Assembly: GCA_002633005.1 (NCBI GenBank)
Contig: NMRA01000021.1
Coordinates: 1,237,119 to 1,301,118, forward strand
Source: Phoronis australis
Taxonomy: Eukaryota; Animalia; Phoronida
Length of the DNA stretch: 64,000 nt
Direction: 5' to 3'
Below, in pieces: positions 14,398-27,151 of this stretch. The notes under the pieces are model-generated. The model had not been told where the DNA came from. It made no database searches and saw nothing but the letters and a program-made list of their open reading frames with translations. The first letter of the stretch is position 1. Each line of letters starts with the position of its first letter. A program made the translations under genes and the position numbers.

Positions 14398-14800
14398 GTA
14401 GGTACTATAGGACTCCTACACTCTGATGTTCCGGACCTTTCACAGATATCATTTAGACTTACATGTAATACGATAGGTTTCATGTACGTCTCTAAAAATC
14501 AATATGTGGAGTTAATTGTTTTCCATAGATATCAAGCTGCCAATGCCCGGCGTAACTGTCCAAGTTCCTGTGTATGGGATAAATAAATTTCGATCTCGGT
14601 GGGACATCCGAGATGAAATGAATTCTTGACAGGACAGGGTAGTAGTATGTATGTGGGATAACCTGTATATATGCAAATACAAAATGAAGCAATGCCTGCA
14701 TGAGTGGTGTATACACTGTACATGTAGGATGAACCACTGCCTGCATTTCTTGCATCCTGTATCAAAAATGTATGCGCGCGCGCTCGTGTGTTTGTGTGCC

Positions 14801-14801
<1 letters not shown>

Positions 14802-14874
<73 letters not shown>
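14802..14874. repeat. (TG)n microsatellite, left half of tract split by the Gypsy element
   Basis: Direct reading. Confidence 0.95.
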
Positions 14875-14881
<7 letters not shown>

Positions 14882-15020
14882 GATTATATATTGCGACCGC
14901 TAGATGGCGTGTTGCTTGATGTACGCTCTCTATTGTCTGAAAATAGATATCAAGTGACTTCCTCAAAAATGGTTGTTGTTTGTCTTTGAAGAATTGACTC
15001 GAATCGAATCAACGTTAAGA
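14875..15020 (+). repeat. 5' LTR of Gypsy element
   Basis: Direct repeat of 19247-19404 with several substitutions and a 10-bp indel; ends AAGA instead of AACA. Confidence 0.92.
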
Positions 15021-15040
15021 GTTGGCGACGAGGTCGAAAA

Positions 15041-18000
15041 ATGTCGTCTTTAATTTGATCAATATCTCCATTAACAGAATCAACTAACTTTGATTCATAC
15101 ATCGAACGATTGGAGGCGTATTTCGAGCCAAATGATTTGCCCTCCGGAAAACATGTTAGTTGTTTTTAGCCGTTATCGGTGAAACGGCTTATGATCTGTT
15201 GAAATCATTGTTGTCTCCGGCAGCCCCTAAGGACAAGTCGTTTCAACAATGCGTCGCTGCGCTGAATGAACATTACTCCCCAAAACCGGTGGTGATTATG
15301 GAACGTTTCCGATTCATGAAAAAGATACAAAAGCCCACAGAGTCAATCCGTGATTATATTGTGGCTTTGAAAACCCTAAATATTCACTGTGATTTTAAAA
15401 CTACACTTGAGGAGCGTCTGAGAGACCAGTTGGTTATGGGCCTTTACTCAGATGAAATGCAACAACGTCTCTTACGAGAGAAAGACATGAAATCTCAAGA
15501 TGCCGTTGACATTGTGGTTGCTATGAAGGCGGCGATGAAGGACTCTAAAGAAATCCGCCCAGCACCGCAAGATGTTCACAAAGTAGCTGGAGCTGCAGGT
15601 GGGGTGAAACCCAAGCCCAACCCTGCTCCTCGTAGAACTCGTGGAAATAGCTCCACATCGTCAAACTTCAATGGATCATGCTGGCGTTGCAAAGCCAAGC
15701 ACAAGGCTCATGAGTGCCGGTTCATAAATGCCACATGTTACAAGTGTAGTAAGATAGGGCACATTAAAAAGTCGTGCCATTCAACCCACCATGTATCTGT
15801 GTCTGCAGGCTCTCAAGAAACGTCTCAAGAGGACACTCAGGAGGTGGATGCCTATGGTGTGTATCACATAAATGAAACTATCGGTGATGAGCCAGACAGG
15901 TTGACATTGACTCTTAATGGAATACCTGTTACTATGGAGGTTGACAATGGTTCCAGTCGTTCACTTATGTCTCGTGACACATTTTTCGAGACATGGAGTG
16001 ATGATTCGCATCCAGAACTCGTTAGAGAAGAGTTGCCATTGCGTACGTACACTAAGGAACCGATACCGGTTGTCGGTTCGTGCATTGTTTCTGTGAAATA
16101 CCGAGGTTGTGTCAAGGGTCTGAAGTTGTGGATTGTGGAGAGTGCAGGTCCAACGTTGTTGGTTTGCAGTTGGATGCGCGAGTTCAACATGCAAGGAACA
16201 CCAATTAACTCAGTTGATGTGTCTAAAAATGTGTTGGATGAATTTCCAACTTTTTTCGAACCGGGTTTAGGTACATGTACCTTGCGCGATGTGAAGGCTA
16301 AAATTCATGTGGACCCTGACGTCACACCACTGTTCTACAAAGCTCGCTCTGTGCCTCCTGCTATGCGCATTAGAATAGAAGAGGAGTTGGATCGTTTGCG
16401 GAGGCTTAACATCATTAAACCAGTTGAGATCAGTGATTGGGCTGAGCCCATTGTACCAGTTATCAAGGCTGAGGGTCAGTCATTGCGTATCTGTGGTGAC
16501 TACAAATTAACTGTGAACAAAGTATCTCAGTTAGACCGCTATCCGATTCCGCGTATGGATGGTTTGTTTGCGTCATTAGCCGGTGGACAGAAGTTCACAA
16601 AGTCGGACATGTCGAACGCTTACAACCAACTTGAGTTGGACGAGCAGTCCAAAATGTATACCACTATTAACACACACCGCGGATTGTTTGTCTACAACAG
16701 CCTCCCGTTCAGTAACGCTAGGACCTCACTAAAAAGCAAGACTTCGCGAGATTACGTGAGATATTGCCGTGTATTTTAAATGAGAACACGTGATCTTGAC
16801 TAGATTTTAGCTAGGTCCTAGGGTAGGTCCTAGCGTCTACTGAACGCACGCCAGGTGTTCGTTTGATATTAAGTCAATACCCGGTCTGTTTCAACGCCAT
16901 ATGGAAACGTTGTTGAAAGGTATCCCGCAGGTAGTTGTGTACCTTGATGACGTGCTTGTTACTGGCGTTGATGATAAGGAACACAATCTGTGTGAAGTAC
17001 TGCGTTGTTTCACAGAATCCGGTCTTCGGCTCTGTAAAGACAAGTGTTCACTGATGCAGTCAGAGGTTGTGTATTTGGGTCGTCGCGTCACCTAGGAAGG
17101 ACTTCGCCCTACTCAGGATCGTGTTAAAGCTATCTTGAATGCTCCCGTACCGTCAAATGCCTCTGAACTCAAAGCCTTTTTGGGTATGCTAAACCATTAT
17201 GGATCTTTTTTGCGTGATTTGAGTACATCACTTGAACCTCTTCATCGGTTGTTGAGGCGTAATCAAACTTGGTTTTGGTTGGCAGAGTGTCAGAGGGCAT
17301 TTGATGGTGCGAAGGAACTGCTGTGTTCATCTCCATTGTTAGTTCATTATGACCCTGATAAACCATTACTACTGTCGTGTGATGCGTCTTCGTATGGTTT
17401 AGGTTGCACTTTGTCTCGCATAAACCCTGATGGAATTGAATCGCCTATTGCATATGCATCTAGATCTTTGAACAAGGCCGAACGAAACTATGGGATGGTT
17501 GACAAGGAGGGTCTAGCTTGTGTTTTCGCTGTTAAGAAAATGCACCAGTATGTTTGGGGTCGTAAATTCACACTAGAAACAGATCACAAACCCCTTTTAA
17601 CCCTTTTACATGAGACAAAATCTATACCTCCTATGGCGTCAGCCAGAATGCAGCGTTGGGCCTTGACGTTGTCAGGTTATGATTACTGTATTCGTTATCG
17701 TAAGGGATCAACCAATTGTGTTGCAGATGCTCTCAGTAGATTGCCATTGCCGTTTCAGGAGGTAAACGCTCCTACCCCTGGTGATCTGATTTTGTTGATG
17801 CAAACATTGCAAAAGAGTGAATCTCCTGTATCTGCCTCGCAGTTGAGACTTTGGACAAGTCGTGACCCTGTGTTGTCTACTGTTAAGTCATGTATTATGT
17901 CAGGTAGTTGGGATAAGTTACCACCTGAGTTACTGGATGATTTGACACCATATGTAAGCAGGAAGCTTGAACTAAGTGTACAAGACAACTTAGTTTTGTG

Positions 18001-19189
18001 GGGATCACGTGTGATTATTCCCCCGCAAGGTCGTGTTAAGATTTTAGATGAGTTACATGATGCACATCCTGGTATTTGTGCTATGAAATCTTTGAGTAGA
18101 AACTATGTTTGGTGGCCTGGTTTAGATTCAGCATTGATTGATGTTGTTAAGAAATGTAAAACTTGTCAAATGTTGAGTAAGAAACCTGCTGAGGCACCAT
18201 TGAGTATGTGGCAGTTCCCTACCGCACCTTGGGAAAGGCTTCATATTGATTTTGCTGGACCATTTCTCGGTACATATTTTCTCATAGTCATTGATGCGTA
18301 CTCTAAATGGATTGAGTCATGTACCATGAGCAGCATTACTGCTGAGTTAACCATTGAGAAATTACGTCGTATTTTTGCAACCCATGGTTTGCCTGATACC
18401 ATTGTTTCAGATAATGGTAGTGCATTTATTAGTCAGACAATCCAAGATTTTCTTGTAAAAAACGGTATTAAGCATGTCACTAGTGCGCCATTTAAGCCTG
18501 CATCGAACGGCGCTGCAGAAAGGGCAGTGCAGATTATCAAGAACGGTTTGAAGCGTGTCACTGAAGGGTCGCTCGAAACACGTTTGTCACGGGTTTTACT
18601 GAGCTACAGGACACGACCACTTTCTGTGACGGGAGTTACACCCGCAGAGTTGCTTATGAATCGTAGATTAACGACTGCTTTAAGCAGAGTGAAACCTGAT
18701 TTCACTAGCCGAGTCAAAACTAAACAAGCTGTTCAATGTGAAAATCACAAATCTGGTAAATTACGTGTATTTGAGATTGGTGATAAGGTTCTGTTTCAAA
18801 ACTTTGGTGTTGGCCCTAATAAGTTGTCAGGTATCATTGTGGAAAGTTTAGGGTCTCGCATGTATTTGGTGAAATCTGACAATGACAAATATTATAGGCG
18901 TCATGTTGACCAGATGCAGCTAGATTGTACATCTCCCAGTTTGCATGATAGAAGTGTAGAAGTAACTGATCATTTGTCTTCTGGTAATGATATTGTTAAC
19001 ATTGAACCTGTGCCTATTGTTAATGAGCCTGATTCAGCGACAAGCCCTGATCATGTTGAGTTCACCCATGTTCTCGAATCTAACAGGGATGTCGTGGAAT
19101 CACCCTCAGCATCTGTGCCTGTTCCGGAAGCTCCGCCAGTACCGGCTCCTAGACGTTCGCTTAGAAATGTTAAGCCCCGGACAGGTTGA
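15041..19189 (+). pseudogene. Gypsy gag-pol polyprotein, disrupted
   Basis: Two CCHC knuckles (CWRCKAKHKAHEC, CYKCSKIGHIKKSC), protease MEVDNGS, RT YLDD, RNase H (CDASSYGLG, TDHKPL), integrase (H-H-C-C, HIDF, SDNG, NGAAER); broken by a 154-bp insert at 16701-16854, a TAG at 17093 and 5' lesions. Confidence 0.93.
16698..16854 (+). mobile_element. MITE family M, copy 2, nested in Gypsy RT
   Basis: Removing 16701-16854 restores the frame YN-R-CSFDIKSIPGLFQRHMETLL; near-identical to 8062-8230. Confidence 0.9.
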
Positions 19190-19246
19190 ACTTGTAAAAC
19201 TGTTTGTTGTTCCTGTAGTTAACTTTTCGAAGCTTGAGGGGAAGGG

Positions 19247-19402
19247 TGTAATAGATTATGTATTGCGACTGCTAGATAGCGTGTTGTTTGATGTACGCTC
19301 TCTATTGTCTGAAAAATAGATATCAAGTGACTTCCTCAAAAATGGCCCGGTTTTTGTCTTTGAAGAACTGACTCGAATCGAATCTGAGATCATCAACGTT
19401 AA

Positions 19403-19404
<2 letters not shown>
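19247..19404 (+). repeat. 3' LTR of Gypsy element
   Basis: Follows PPT; TGT...ACA termini. Confidence 0.92.
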
Positions 19405-19448
<44 letters not shown>

Positions 19449-19482
19449 GCGTGTGCGTGTGCGTGCGCGTGCGTGTGTGTGC
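19405..19482. repeat. (TG)n/(TGCGTG)n microsatellite, right half of split tract
   Basis: Direct reading. Confidence 0.95.
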
Positions 19483-20336
19483 ATTTATGTGTGCAGATAT
19501 ACTACGGGTGTATTTGTAAAGTTTTGACGCCCAGATATGATGCTTCAAAGGCGCAAAGAATGGCAAATGATGTATGTAGGTCGCAATGTATTTTTTTAAC
19601 TTGCAACAACCATGCGACGGACGTAAACTGGTCGCATAATTATCGCCTATCGGACGTATCGATTGTTTTGCATTGTTCTGTCTTTGATGAATATAACAAT
19701 GCAGGCCATATGGATATTGTATCTTTGGCGTATATCAGAAGGTTACCGATAAATACTTGTCATTTACAGTCTTTATCATAACAACGGGAGCAAAGGAAAA
19801 GCTAACCTACCGATCTATATCCGATAAGCTTGCGACCTGGTTTGCTTGGGGCTTTCTGGGTTTAACTCCATTATTGTGCATTGTATTTTTCGTAATTAAC
19901 GTTAAAACAATACAGAGATTTGCTGGAATGAAAACATTTGTCGGACCGTCGGAGTTTTCAAACAAGTAACAAAGTAACAAAGTATAGTTTAAACAACGGT
20001 GGGGTGAGGAATTGAGTGAGACCTGACGATAACACAACGTCGCTGACTAGAGCTGGTAAACGGGGCCCACAGGTTTTATTAATAATTACATACACGTACA
20101 GAGCAGTCCGCTGAGTTCAGAAACCTCGATAGCATTGTTCACGAAAGCTACGTGGAGAGTTTCAGGTAAAACAATCCGCTGTCTAAACCACATCTGGCTG
20201 TTTGTTGTCTCAAAAACCGCGCCCAACACGAGGCTCACTCAGGTTGTATAGGCCTACCCAACTTCCAGCTCCACCTATTGATAGCAGTTGAACTGAACAC
20301 AACAACTCTATTTTGATTTCGTTTTTGCTCTTTTAG

Positions 20337-20532
20337 AAACAAACAGATGATTTTGACTTGTAAAGAAGCGCGTTCAATGTGCAATATAGAACACACAAGC
20401 ATTGTCAAGATATATGGCATCATTCTGGACGACATGTGTGGTTTGGTGCTAGAGTTTATTAAGTATGGCTCTCTATGGGATGTACTGCGACTCCTCGAGA
20501 TGAATGAGTCAACTATACCAATAGGTATACAG
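20337..20532 (+). CDS. Kinase gene exon 2 (subdomains III-V)
   Basis: Acceptor ctcttttag|a completes phase-2 Arg; KEARSMCNIEHTSIVKIYGI...LVLEFIKYGSLWDVL; donor cag|gtaaaa, phase 0. Confidence 0.9.
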
Positions 20533-20892
20533 GTAAAAGCATCTTTCAAATTTCAACAAGATTAAAAATAATCTTTGATTGGTAAGCCAATACAAACGTA
20601 TGTATTTACTTGACATGTGTGGTGTGAGCTACATGTACGTGTACATGATTTCTACAGGTCCAGCTACACAAACCCGTAGATTCACTTCCAGGGGCTTTTG
20701 TGACTTCGACTACTAGCAAGTCCTATAGCCATATAACCCCTTCGATTTCAGCACAACGTTTTACTCCCAACTCTTAGAAATATCAGCCACAAGAACTCGC
20801 CCTGACCTGCCCCTGATGTATCATTCTTTGGCGGTATTTGATTTACGTCGCCGCCGGTTTAACTTGGTCAACTGGTCAAGGCATCTGTGTAG

Positions 20893-21175
20893 AGTTCAAT
20901 AACCCTAGGACCTCACTAGGACCTCGTTAGAAAATCAAGACTTCGCGAGATTACTCGAGATGTTGCTGTGTATTTCGAATGGGAACAGTGGCGGATTTAG
21001 AGGGGGCCAAGGGGCCATGCCCCCCGAAAATTCTCCCAGATTCCATTTAGCAATTCGGGGGTACGAATTTCTGATGGGCAAAATCCTGGCTAATACTCTG
21101 CCCTGCCCCCCAACTCAAAATCATGGATCCGCCCATGGGGAGCAGTTCATTTTGGCTAGATTTTTTTAGCTGCGA
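20893..21175 (+). mobile_element. Diverged family M copy with a nested CAGTGGCGG...CCGCCCATG MITE (20986-21137)
   Basis: ctaggacctc...caagacttcgcgagattac matches family M; nested insert flanked by gggaa/gggag. Confidence 0.7.
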
Positions 21176-21543
21176 GACAGCTTCTGAGCTCTACACTGGC
21201 GTGCGTTCCGTAGACGCGAAAATGCAAGATCACCCATTACTTCACGAGAAGTCTACATGTGTTACAAGCGATGCACCTGATCACACTAGCATCTTTCGTG
21301 AGGTTCTGGCATTTACCGAACGCTCTCTTGGTTAGTTTGTAAGCCAGATACCGTCATTGACAACCAAGCCGGTGTCCGAGCCAGTCGACACCTCTGAATC
21401 GGCGTTGATGTCTTGTTGGTTTTACTAGCTAGAAAGCACCTGACTCCATGCTTCTAAAACTTGAGGAAATGTATGTAATTGTCAGGAAAAGAGACATGTT
21501 TAAGTTGCGTTTCTCATTCGTTATCCCAAAATAATATTTACAG

Positions 21544-21663
21544 GTTCAGATGATGGCGGACATATCGGAGGCAATGCGGTACCTGCACAGCGCTACGCCC
21601 CGCCTGATTCATGCTGATCTTAAACTGGGCAACGTTTTAGTTGATGACCGCTTGAAAGCTAAG
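21544..21663 (+). CDS. Kinase gene exon 3 (catalytic loop)
   Basis: Acceptor tttacag|; VQMMADISEAMRYLHSATPRLIHADLKLGNVLVDDRLKAK; donor aag|gtaaag, phase 0; too short for the ORF track. Confidence 0.93.
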
Positions 21664-21783
21664 GTAAAGTAATGTCAACCACGTAATTTTTGAAAAAAAA
21701 ATCGGCATATTAGATTAGGATGAGTGCTCTTATACGTAAATTTTGAGTGACCGCATTACTTTGTTTAATTCTTTTACTTCTAG

Positions 21784-21944
21784 CTATGCGACTTTGGTTT
21801 GTCCATTCTTCAAGGCTACACCAGCGATCTCACCAATTTACCTCGCGCGGAAGGAACTTTGTCCCACATGGCACCAGAGTTATTCAAGCCAGATATAGTC
21901 GGAGAAGAACTTCCTATGAACAGTCCAAAAACGGATGTGTGGAG
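21784..21944 (+). CDS. Kinase gene exon 4 (DFG-APE)
   Basis: Acceptor cttctag|; LCDFGLS...GTLSHMAPELF...KTDVW; donor ag|gtac, phase 2. Confidence 0.93.
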
Positions 21945-22062
21945 GTACTTTATGACGTATACAATGAGCCATGATATCTCAAAAAATCCATAGAACAACT
22001 GATTTATTAGAGTACTATTAAATTTTAGTGAGTATAAAAGCTAACTTTGCAATGGTTTTCAG

Positions 22063-22112
22063 CTTTGGAGTCGCCCTGTTTGAACTCATCAGAAAAGAAT
22101 CTCTGTTCCAAG
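22063..22112 (+). CDS. Kinase gene exon 5 (subdomain IX)
   Basis: Acceptor ttttcag|c completes DVWS-FGVALFELIRKESLFQ; donor g|gtaagt, phase 1. Confidence 0.92.
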
Positions 22113-22260
22113 GTAAGTACAGTGGTAACAATATCAAACCCCTTCTTTCCATCACAAACCTAGTTTTAATTTAGGCCAATTACTGCTAAGAATTTGGTCT
22201 CAAAATTTCTCTCGGTGAAATCCGAGAGTATTTTGAAATAACTAAAATATATGTTATTCA

Positions 22261-22383
22261 AATACTACTACTTCCTTGTCCTGTCGAGAATTCATTTCAT
22301 CTTGGAATGTCCCAAGAAGACCAAAGGTCGAGTTGGGACATTTCAAGTGGAAATGATTTCTAGATAAGACATGCAGTAGTATT
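22261..22383. repeat. Long imperfect palindrome (hairpin element)
   Basis: aatactac...tcatttcatcttggaatgtcccaa / ttgggacatttcaagtggaaatga...gtagtatt. Confidence 0.7.
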
Positions 22384-24679
22384 AATAAGTGTATGTAAGA
22401 TAACCTATTTATCACATAAATACGAACTTATTTGCTTCGCGGCGATATCTTGTTGCCACGTGCTTTGGATTGTTATATGGCATCATACTTATACCAAGCG
22501 TATCAACTCCAGTTAAACGAAAAGATAATCTGTGATGTTGAATAACTAGCGAACTTTTATTTCATAATAAATTTATAGGAATTTTCACAAGTTAAAGTAG
22601 GCGTTAATACTGTTACTCATCGAAATGGGTAGTAAGAACTATACCACTACACAGATGTGATTCGAAAAGTGCTATTTTTTGTCTTTCGTATTTTTATAGC
22701 ATTTTGTACATATTACAACCTCAAACGCTTTCTAAAATAAGAATTTTTTACAAAAGGTTTCTTTATTATAATTTTAAGTTATTAATGGTTAATTATTGAG
22801 ATAAAACATTTGTCTTTCGTTTCTAATTGACGTTTTGCGTTTTTGAAGCTTGACAAAACGCGCCATCTTGTCAATAATCTACTTGAGATCAACTAACATA
22901 AGTAACTTACAGAAAAAAAAACTGGCACGAAACTTCATTTGCTCTGGATTGGAAATTTCGTAATTTCATTGAAATTGATCAATGCGTTTTTAAAAACAGG
23001 CTCTAGAAAATCGCTGCTACCGCGAATTCACGTGTCTGAAGTTGTGCAGTCATATCTTGCATCTTCCCATAGAACCGCGTGATCACAATTATCCCATCTC
23101 CGTGTATGTATTGAATAACCAAGCAATGGCTTGATCCACCTTGAAATATATAACTTTCCTACTTGTGAACAGCTTCATTTTGCACATTTTTCTTAGCTAA
23201 TAAATCCTCACTTCCACCAAAACAAATATGGCCGACCTGTGGACGAAGCTTACACGATGTCCTTTTGTTGGTTACTACAAAGACGAGATTGGGCGATTAG
23301 CAAAAGTGCAATAACAGGGCAATTTGTGGTTACAAGTGATTTTGTATTCTGCGTTCTTTCAGGAATACGCAGAACAAAATTCAACGGAAAATCGAGAGGA
23401 GGAAATCGCGGATACGAAAAGAGCAAAATGCGAAAATCTCCTGTTCCGGATATATTTTTTTAATTAGATTGCCCAAAAGTATATGTGCGTATTTAGGCAC
23501 GCGTGGTTATTTCCGACACAATGCGTCATTTCAAAGATTTTGCTTCAAAATTTTCGTATTCAGCTTTTTGAATTGTACTGATATCTACTGTTTCAGGTCT
23601 CACGCGCTCTTTTCATTTCCGTTCGAGCATAGACAGCCTAACGATCACTCTGTTGCTTGAATGCACAACACCAATGGTTCTTTTGAAAAAACGCAGCAAA
23701 TGAAAAACATGAATTCAGTAGGTGCCGCCACACCAAAGCCAGCATCGGCGTATAGTGACCAATTTCAAGGAGGCGACCCCTTTCGTAATCTGAGAACATG
23801 TTACCTTTCAAAGATTCGATAATGGTTTCAAATGTCCGATTTGCTTACCACCATAATCCGAGTACCCATCTACTTTGGGCGCTGCCTATCTACGGCATCA
23901 AACAAGAGCACCATTCACACATCGCAAGACCCCAGAAAACTGGCGAAACGAAACACTGGCCCGACCCGAAAGCCATAGGTAGTAATTGTAATGCTCGGAA
24001 CGTTTTGCAGCACCAGTTTATAACGCGGGCTTTGGTTACTAAGACTAATGAGTGCATGCAGACATCTGTGCGGAAACTGAAATTTTTGCAACTTTTGTTG
24101 TTATTGCAAATTATAACTTTAAAGAAAGATTAGGCCGCAAAATTGAGTGCTTATTTGAAACATGTTTGACCTTTGCTCTTATCGAAAACCAAAACAAATG
24201 AACGTTGTTTTATTTATGTTTTTTACGAGGTATCGTTTTCGCTTTCCCGAACAGTTGATCTCGTAACTGTAATAGCTATCAGTTATTTCAAAACAATACC
24301 CCCCCCCCCCAACTATTGTCAGTAGTAAAGTCTGTGCGTGTTCGTGTAAGTTATAACGAAATGTACTACGTTCGTTATCTAGCGATACTATCTTCTTGTG
24401 TATACAAAATTATCAAATGCAGGACTACTAATTAATGATAAATTGTTGATCCAGGAAGTGTTCAACGTATATGAAATGGAATGATAAGTTTCACGAAATA
24501 CCTGTCTAAATACCAATTTACTCACCGTTTCGTGGCAATGCGATATAAAATAAAGTAAGAAGTCCTTTTACCGGTATATTAAGTATATGAGTTATACAAG
24601 TTTCACGGCGAGGTTACGAACAGAATTATCCGGGCTGTGTGCAATTTCGAGGCCTGTCGAAGCTCAGCAAACACAATGA

Positions 24680-25936
24680 TCAAGGATCAATGTAATTAAA
24701 ACATTTGCGCTGTCTAAAATAATTTATGTGATGAGCAATTTAGGAATTGACAACGTAGAGCTAAGATAAATACTATGATAATAAATTTTGTTTGGCAAAA
24801 TAAACCACCTAGAATAAAAAATGTGGCTGTAAATACCCATGAAAATGTTGGTTTGTCAGTTCCTGATATAAATATTATGTACAAGTCATTATTAGTTAAA
24901 TGGGTTACGCGTTGCTTAGATGGAAACAATGAAATTTTCAAAGTGTTTCCTGGGTATGTTTTTAAAACATGTGGAGGTTTTTTGATCTTTAAATCAAATT
25001 ATGATTGTAAATTGCTGTCTCTTGCAAATATTGATACCTTCTATCTTGACATCTTGATTGCTTGGGAAGAAATTAGTGCTCATTTACATAAGGACATGAC
25101 AATAATAAAAACATATTGATTAATAGGAGGACTGTATTCTTTAATAGTTTCTTTGAGGCTGGTATTACTTTTGTGAAGGCTCTTTTGAACTTAGAAAATA
25201 AATTTCTGACTTGGGAGGTTTTGAAAAATAGATACAAGCTTTCAAATTGGATTCATTATGCTGCTTTGAGACGTGCGATTAAGTTGAAAGCTGATCCTTC
25301 AATTTCAAAATGCATACATCCCCAGTCAAGCCAAATTACTAATTTGTTTTCCAGAAATGTTTTGCTTTCCAAAATTGTTTTGCCTCCTTATATAGAATAC
25401 AGCTTAACTGACATTTACTCTAGACAACGAATTAAACAAATTTATGTTCTTCCACACAAACTCTTGTTACCTCCTTATGTTAAAACCTTTAAGTACTTCT
25501 ATATTTATAGAAAAGTGTTTACAAAACTTATTTTGAAAAAGATTAACTTCGTCAGTGTTGACAAGTGTGCATCTTGTGGAACTGTTGAGACTTTTAACCA
25601 TATGTTTGTGGAATGTGGTTCTGTGAAAACTTTGTGGTGTGAAATTCAGAAACTTTTAATTTACGTAACTGCACAACACGATTTAGTCTTGGATAGAAAT
25701 GTTATTCTGACAGCATATTTTGGATGTAATTTTGAAGATATCAATACCATATTAACTATTTGCCAGTATTTCATCCATAAATGTTCTAGAAGCCAGATTA
25801 TTCCTAAATATTCACAATTTCAATGTTTCTTGTATAATTACTGTAAAGTAAGGAATATACAACCCCGCAAAACTGCCTTTTGGGAAACCATCAATGCCTA
25901 TTTATTTTAGACCAACCGTGAATTTCTGTAATTTAG

Positions 25937-26024
<88 letters not shown>

Positions 26025-26090
26025 GTTTCATTTGCAAAGATCTTATTGTTTGTGAATATTAGTGTATTTAGAAATAAAATGATTTAAAAA
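24680..26090 (+). mobile_element. 3' portion of L1/Tx1-type LINE ORF2 with 3' UTR
   Basis: INFVWQNKPPRI, GLSVPDI, C-terminal CASC...ETFNHMFVEC CCHC motif; followed by (TG)n and AATAAA. Confidence 0.8.
25940..26025. repeat. (TG)n microsatellite
   Basis: Direct reading. Confidence 0.95.
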
Positions 26091-26751
26091 CACACTGATA
26101 CCTACCTGTACTTTAACAGTAGTCTTCATACATGTACATCTAGGCTGGCTAAGTTATAGTCCGAGTCTCGGACGGTAGAGTTAACGGTTTTATTTTCAAC
26201 TTCGGTTCTTGTCTGCAATTGATATTTGGAATATTGTGGTCTTTCGGCTTGGTTGTTTCGACACGACATGCTTTTTCGACTCATGAGGAACAACTTGACC
26301 GACAACATGGAAAGTTTATCTTACTAGGCAAAGTGCTGAACGCAGAGACCATTTGCAAAGCGAATATCTTCTTAAATTTAAAATAAAACAACGAATATCT
26401 AACCCAAATGTCGTTACTGACTGGCAAAAGACTGGACGGTATGTTAAACTGTTTTGTTAATTTACTGTACATGCATGGTTTGACCAATGAAAACGGGAGT
26501 TCGCTATTTAGTCATGTTGAACATGCTGGTCAAGTTTTACAAAAAACGACTCAAACAAAATCTGATTAGGTTATTTTTCAACGCGAGCTAATGGATACGA
26601 ATGTTTTTGGTGACTGGCGACGATAAACTTCTCATGTTGTGACTGTAAATCCGAAAAAAATCGAACCGGGAATTTTCAACTATCTGACGGCCATTTTTCA
26701 GTCCGCTCAGGGTGGTTACGAATGGTTACAGCCATACAAAGGTAATGTTCG

Positions 26752-27088
26752 CATTTTGCGACTAACTGCAACAAAAATTTCGAGGCATTAACTTGAGACC
26801 TTCTACAGGCCCACTGATACAAGTGACGATTTGTTTTTATTACCCCTGCTCGGCTAGGTTACCGCCCTGTTTGAGAAATTTTGGCAGTAATGTTTTTGTC
26901 TCCTATGCAATATTATAATGGCGGCATCCATGATTTTTCGTTTACACCTATGTGGTCACGTGACCAGTTATTTCACGTATAGCACTTAGACGGCGCTCCC
27001 GCTGCCAGTGGTCTCCTGCTATTAAAGCAGTACACAATAAAATATGCAAGTTTGTTATGTACACAAAAAGATTTCTCCAGTGTCCACG
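26752..27088 (-). repeat. Dispersed repeat family B, copy 1 (part of Mutator-like element)
   Basis: Colinear with ~60573-60945 (cattttgcgactaac...ggcccactgatacaagtgacgattt...gatttctccagtgtccac). Confidence 0.85.
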
Positions 27089-27151
27089 ACGTGACCATCT
27101 ACGCCAATCGAGGTACGTTTTGTATTTATCCCATACGCTTCTAATTCCTAA

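Larger units (their letters stand above)
14875..19404 (+). mobile_element. Near full-length Ty3/Gypsy LTR retrotransposon (Mag-like)
   Basis: ~150-bp LTRs 14875-15020 and 19247-19404 (TGT...ACA in the 3' copy); PBS TGGCGACGAGG (complement of tRNA-Ser(GCT) 3' end); PPT gaggggaaggg 19236-19246; gtgtg on both flanks; gag-pol order PR-RT-RH-INT. Confidence 0.96.

Noticed and set aside
14492-14989. ORFs with HTHT/VCVC runs (also 19407-19781)
   Set aside because: Translations of (TG)n microsatellites
16698-16854. Family M as an introner (inserted at CAG|GT, ends in AG)
   Set aside because: No GT/GC donor at any boundary that gives precise excision on either strand
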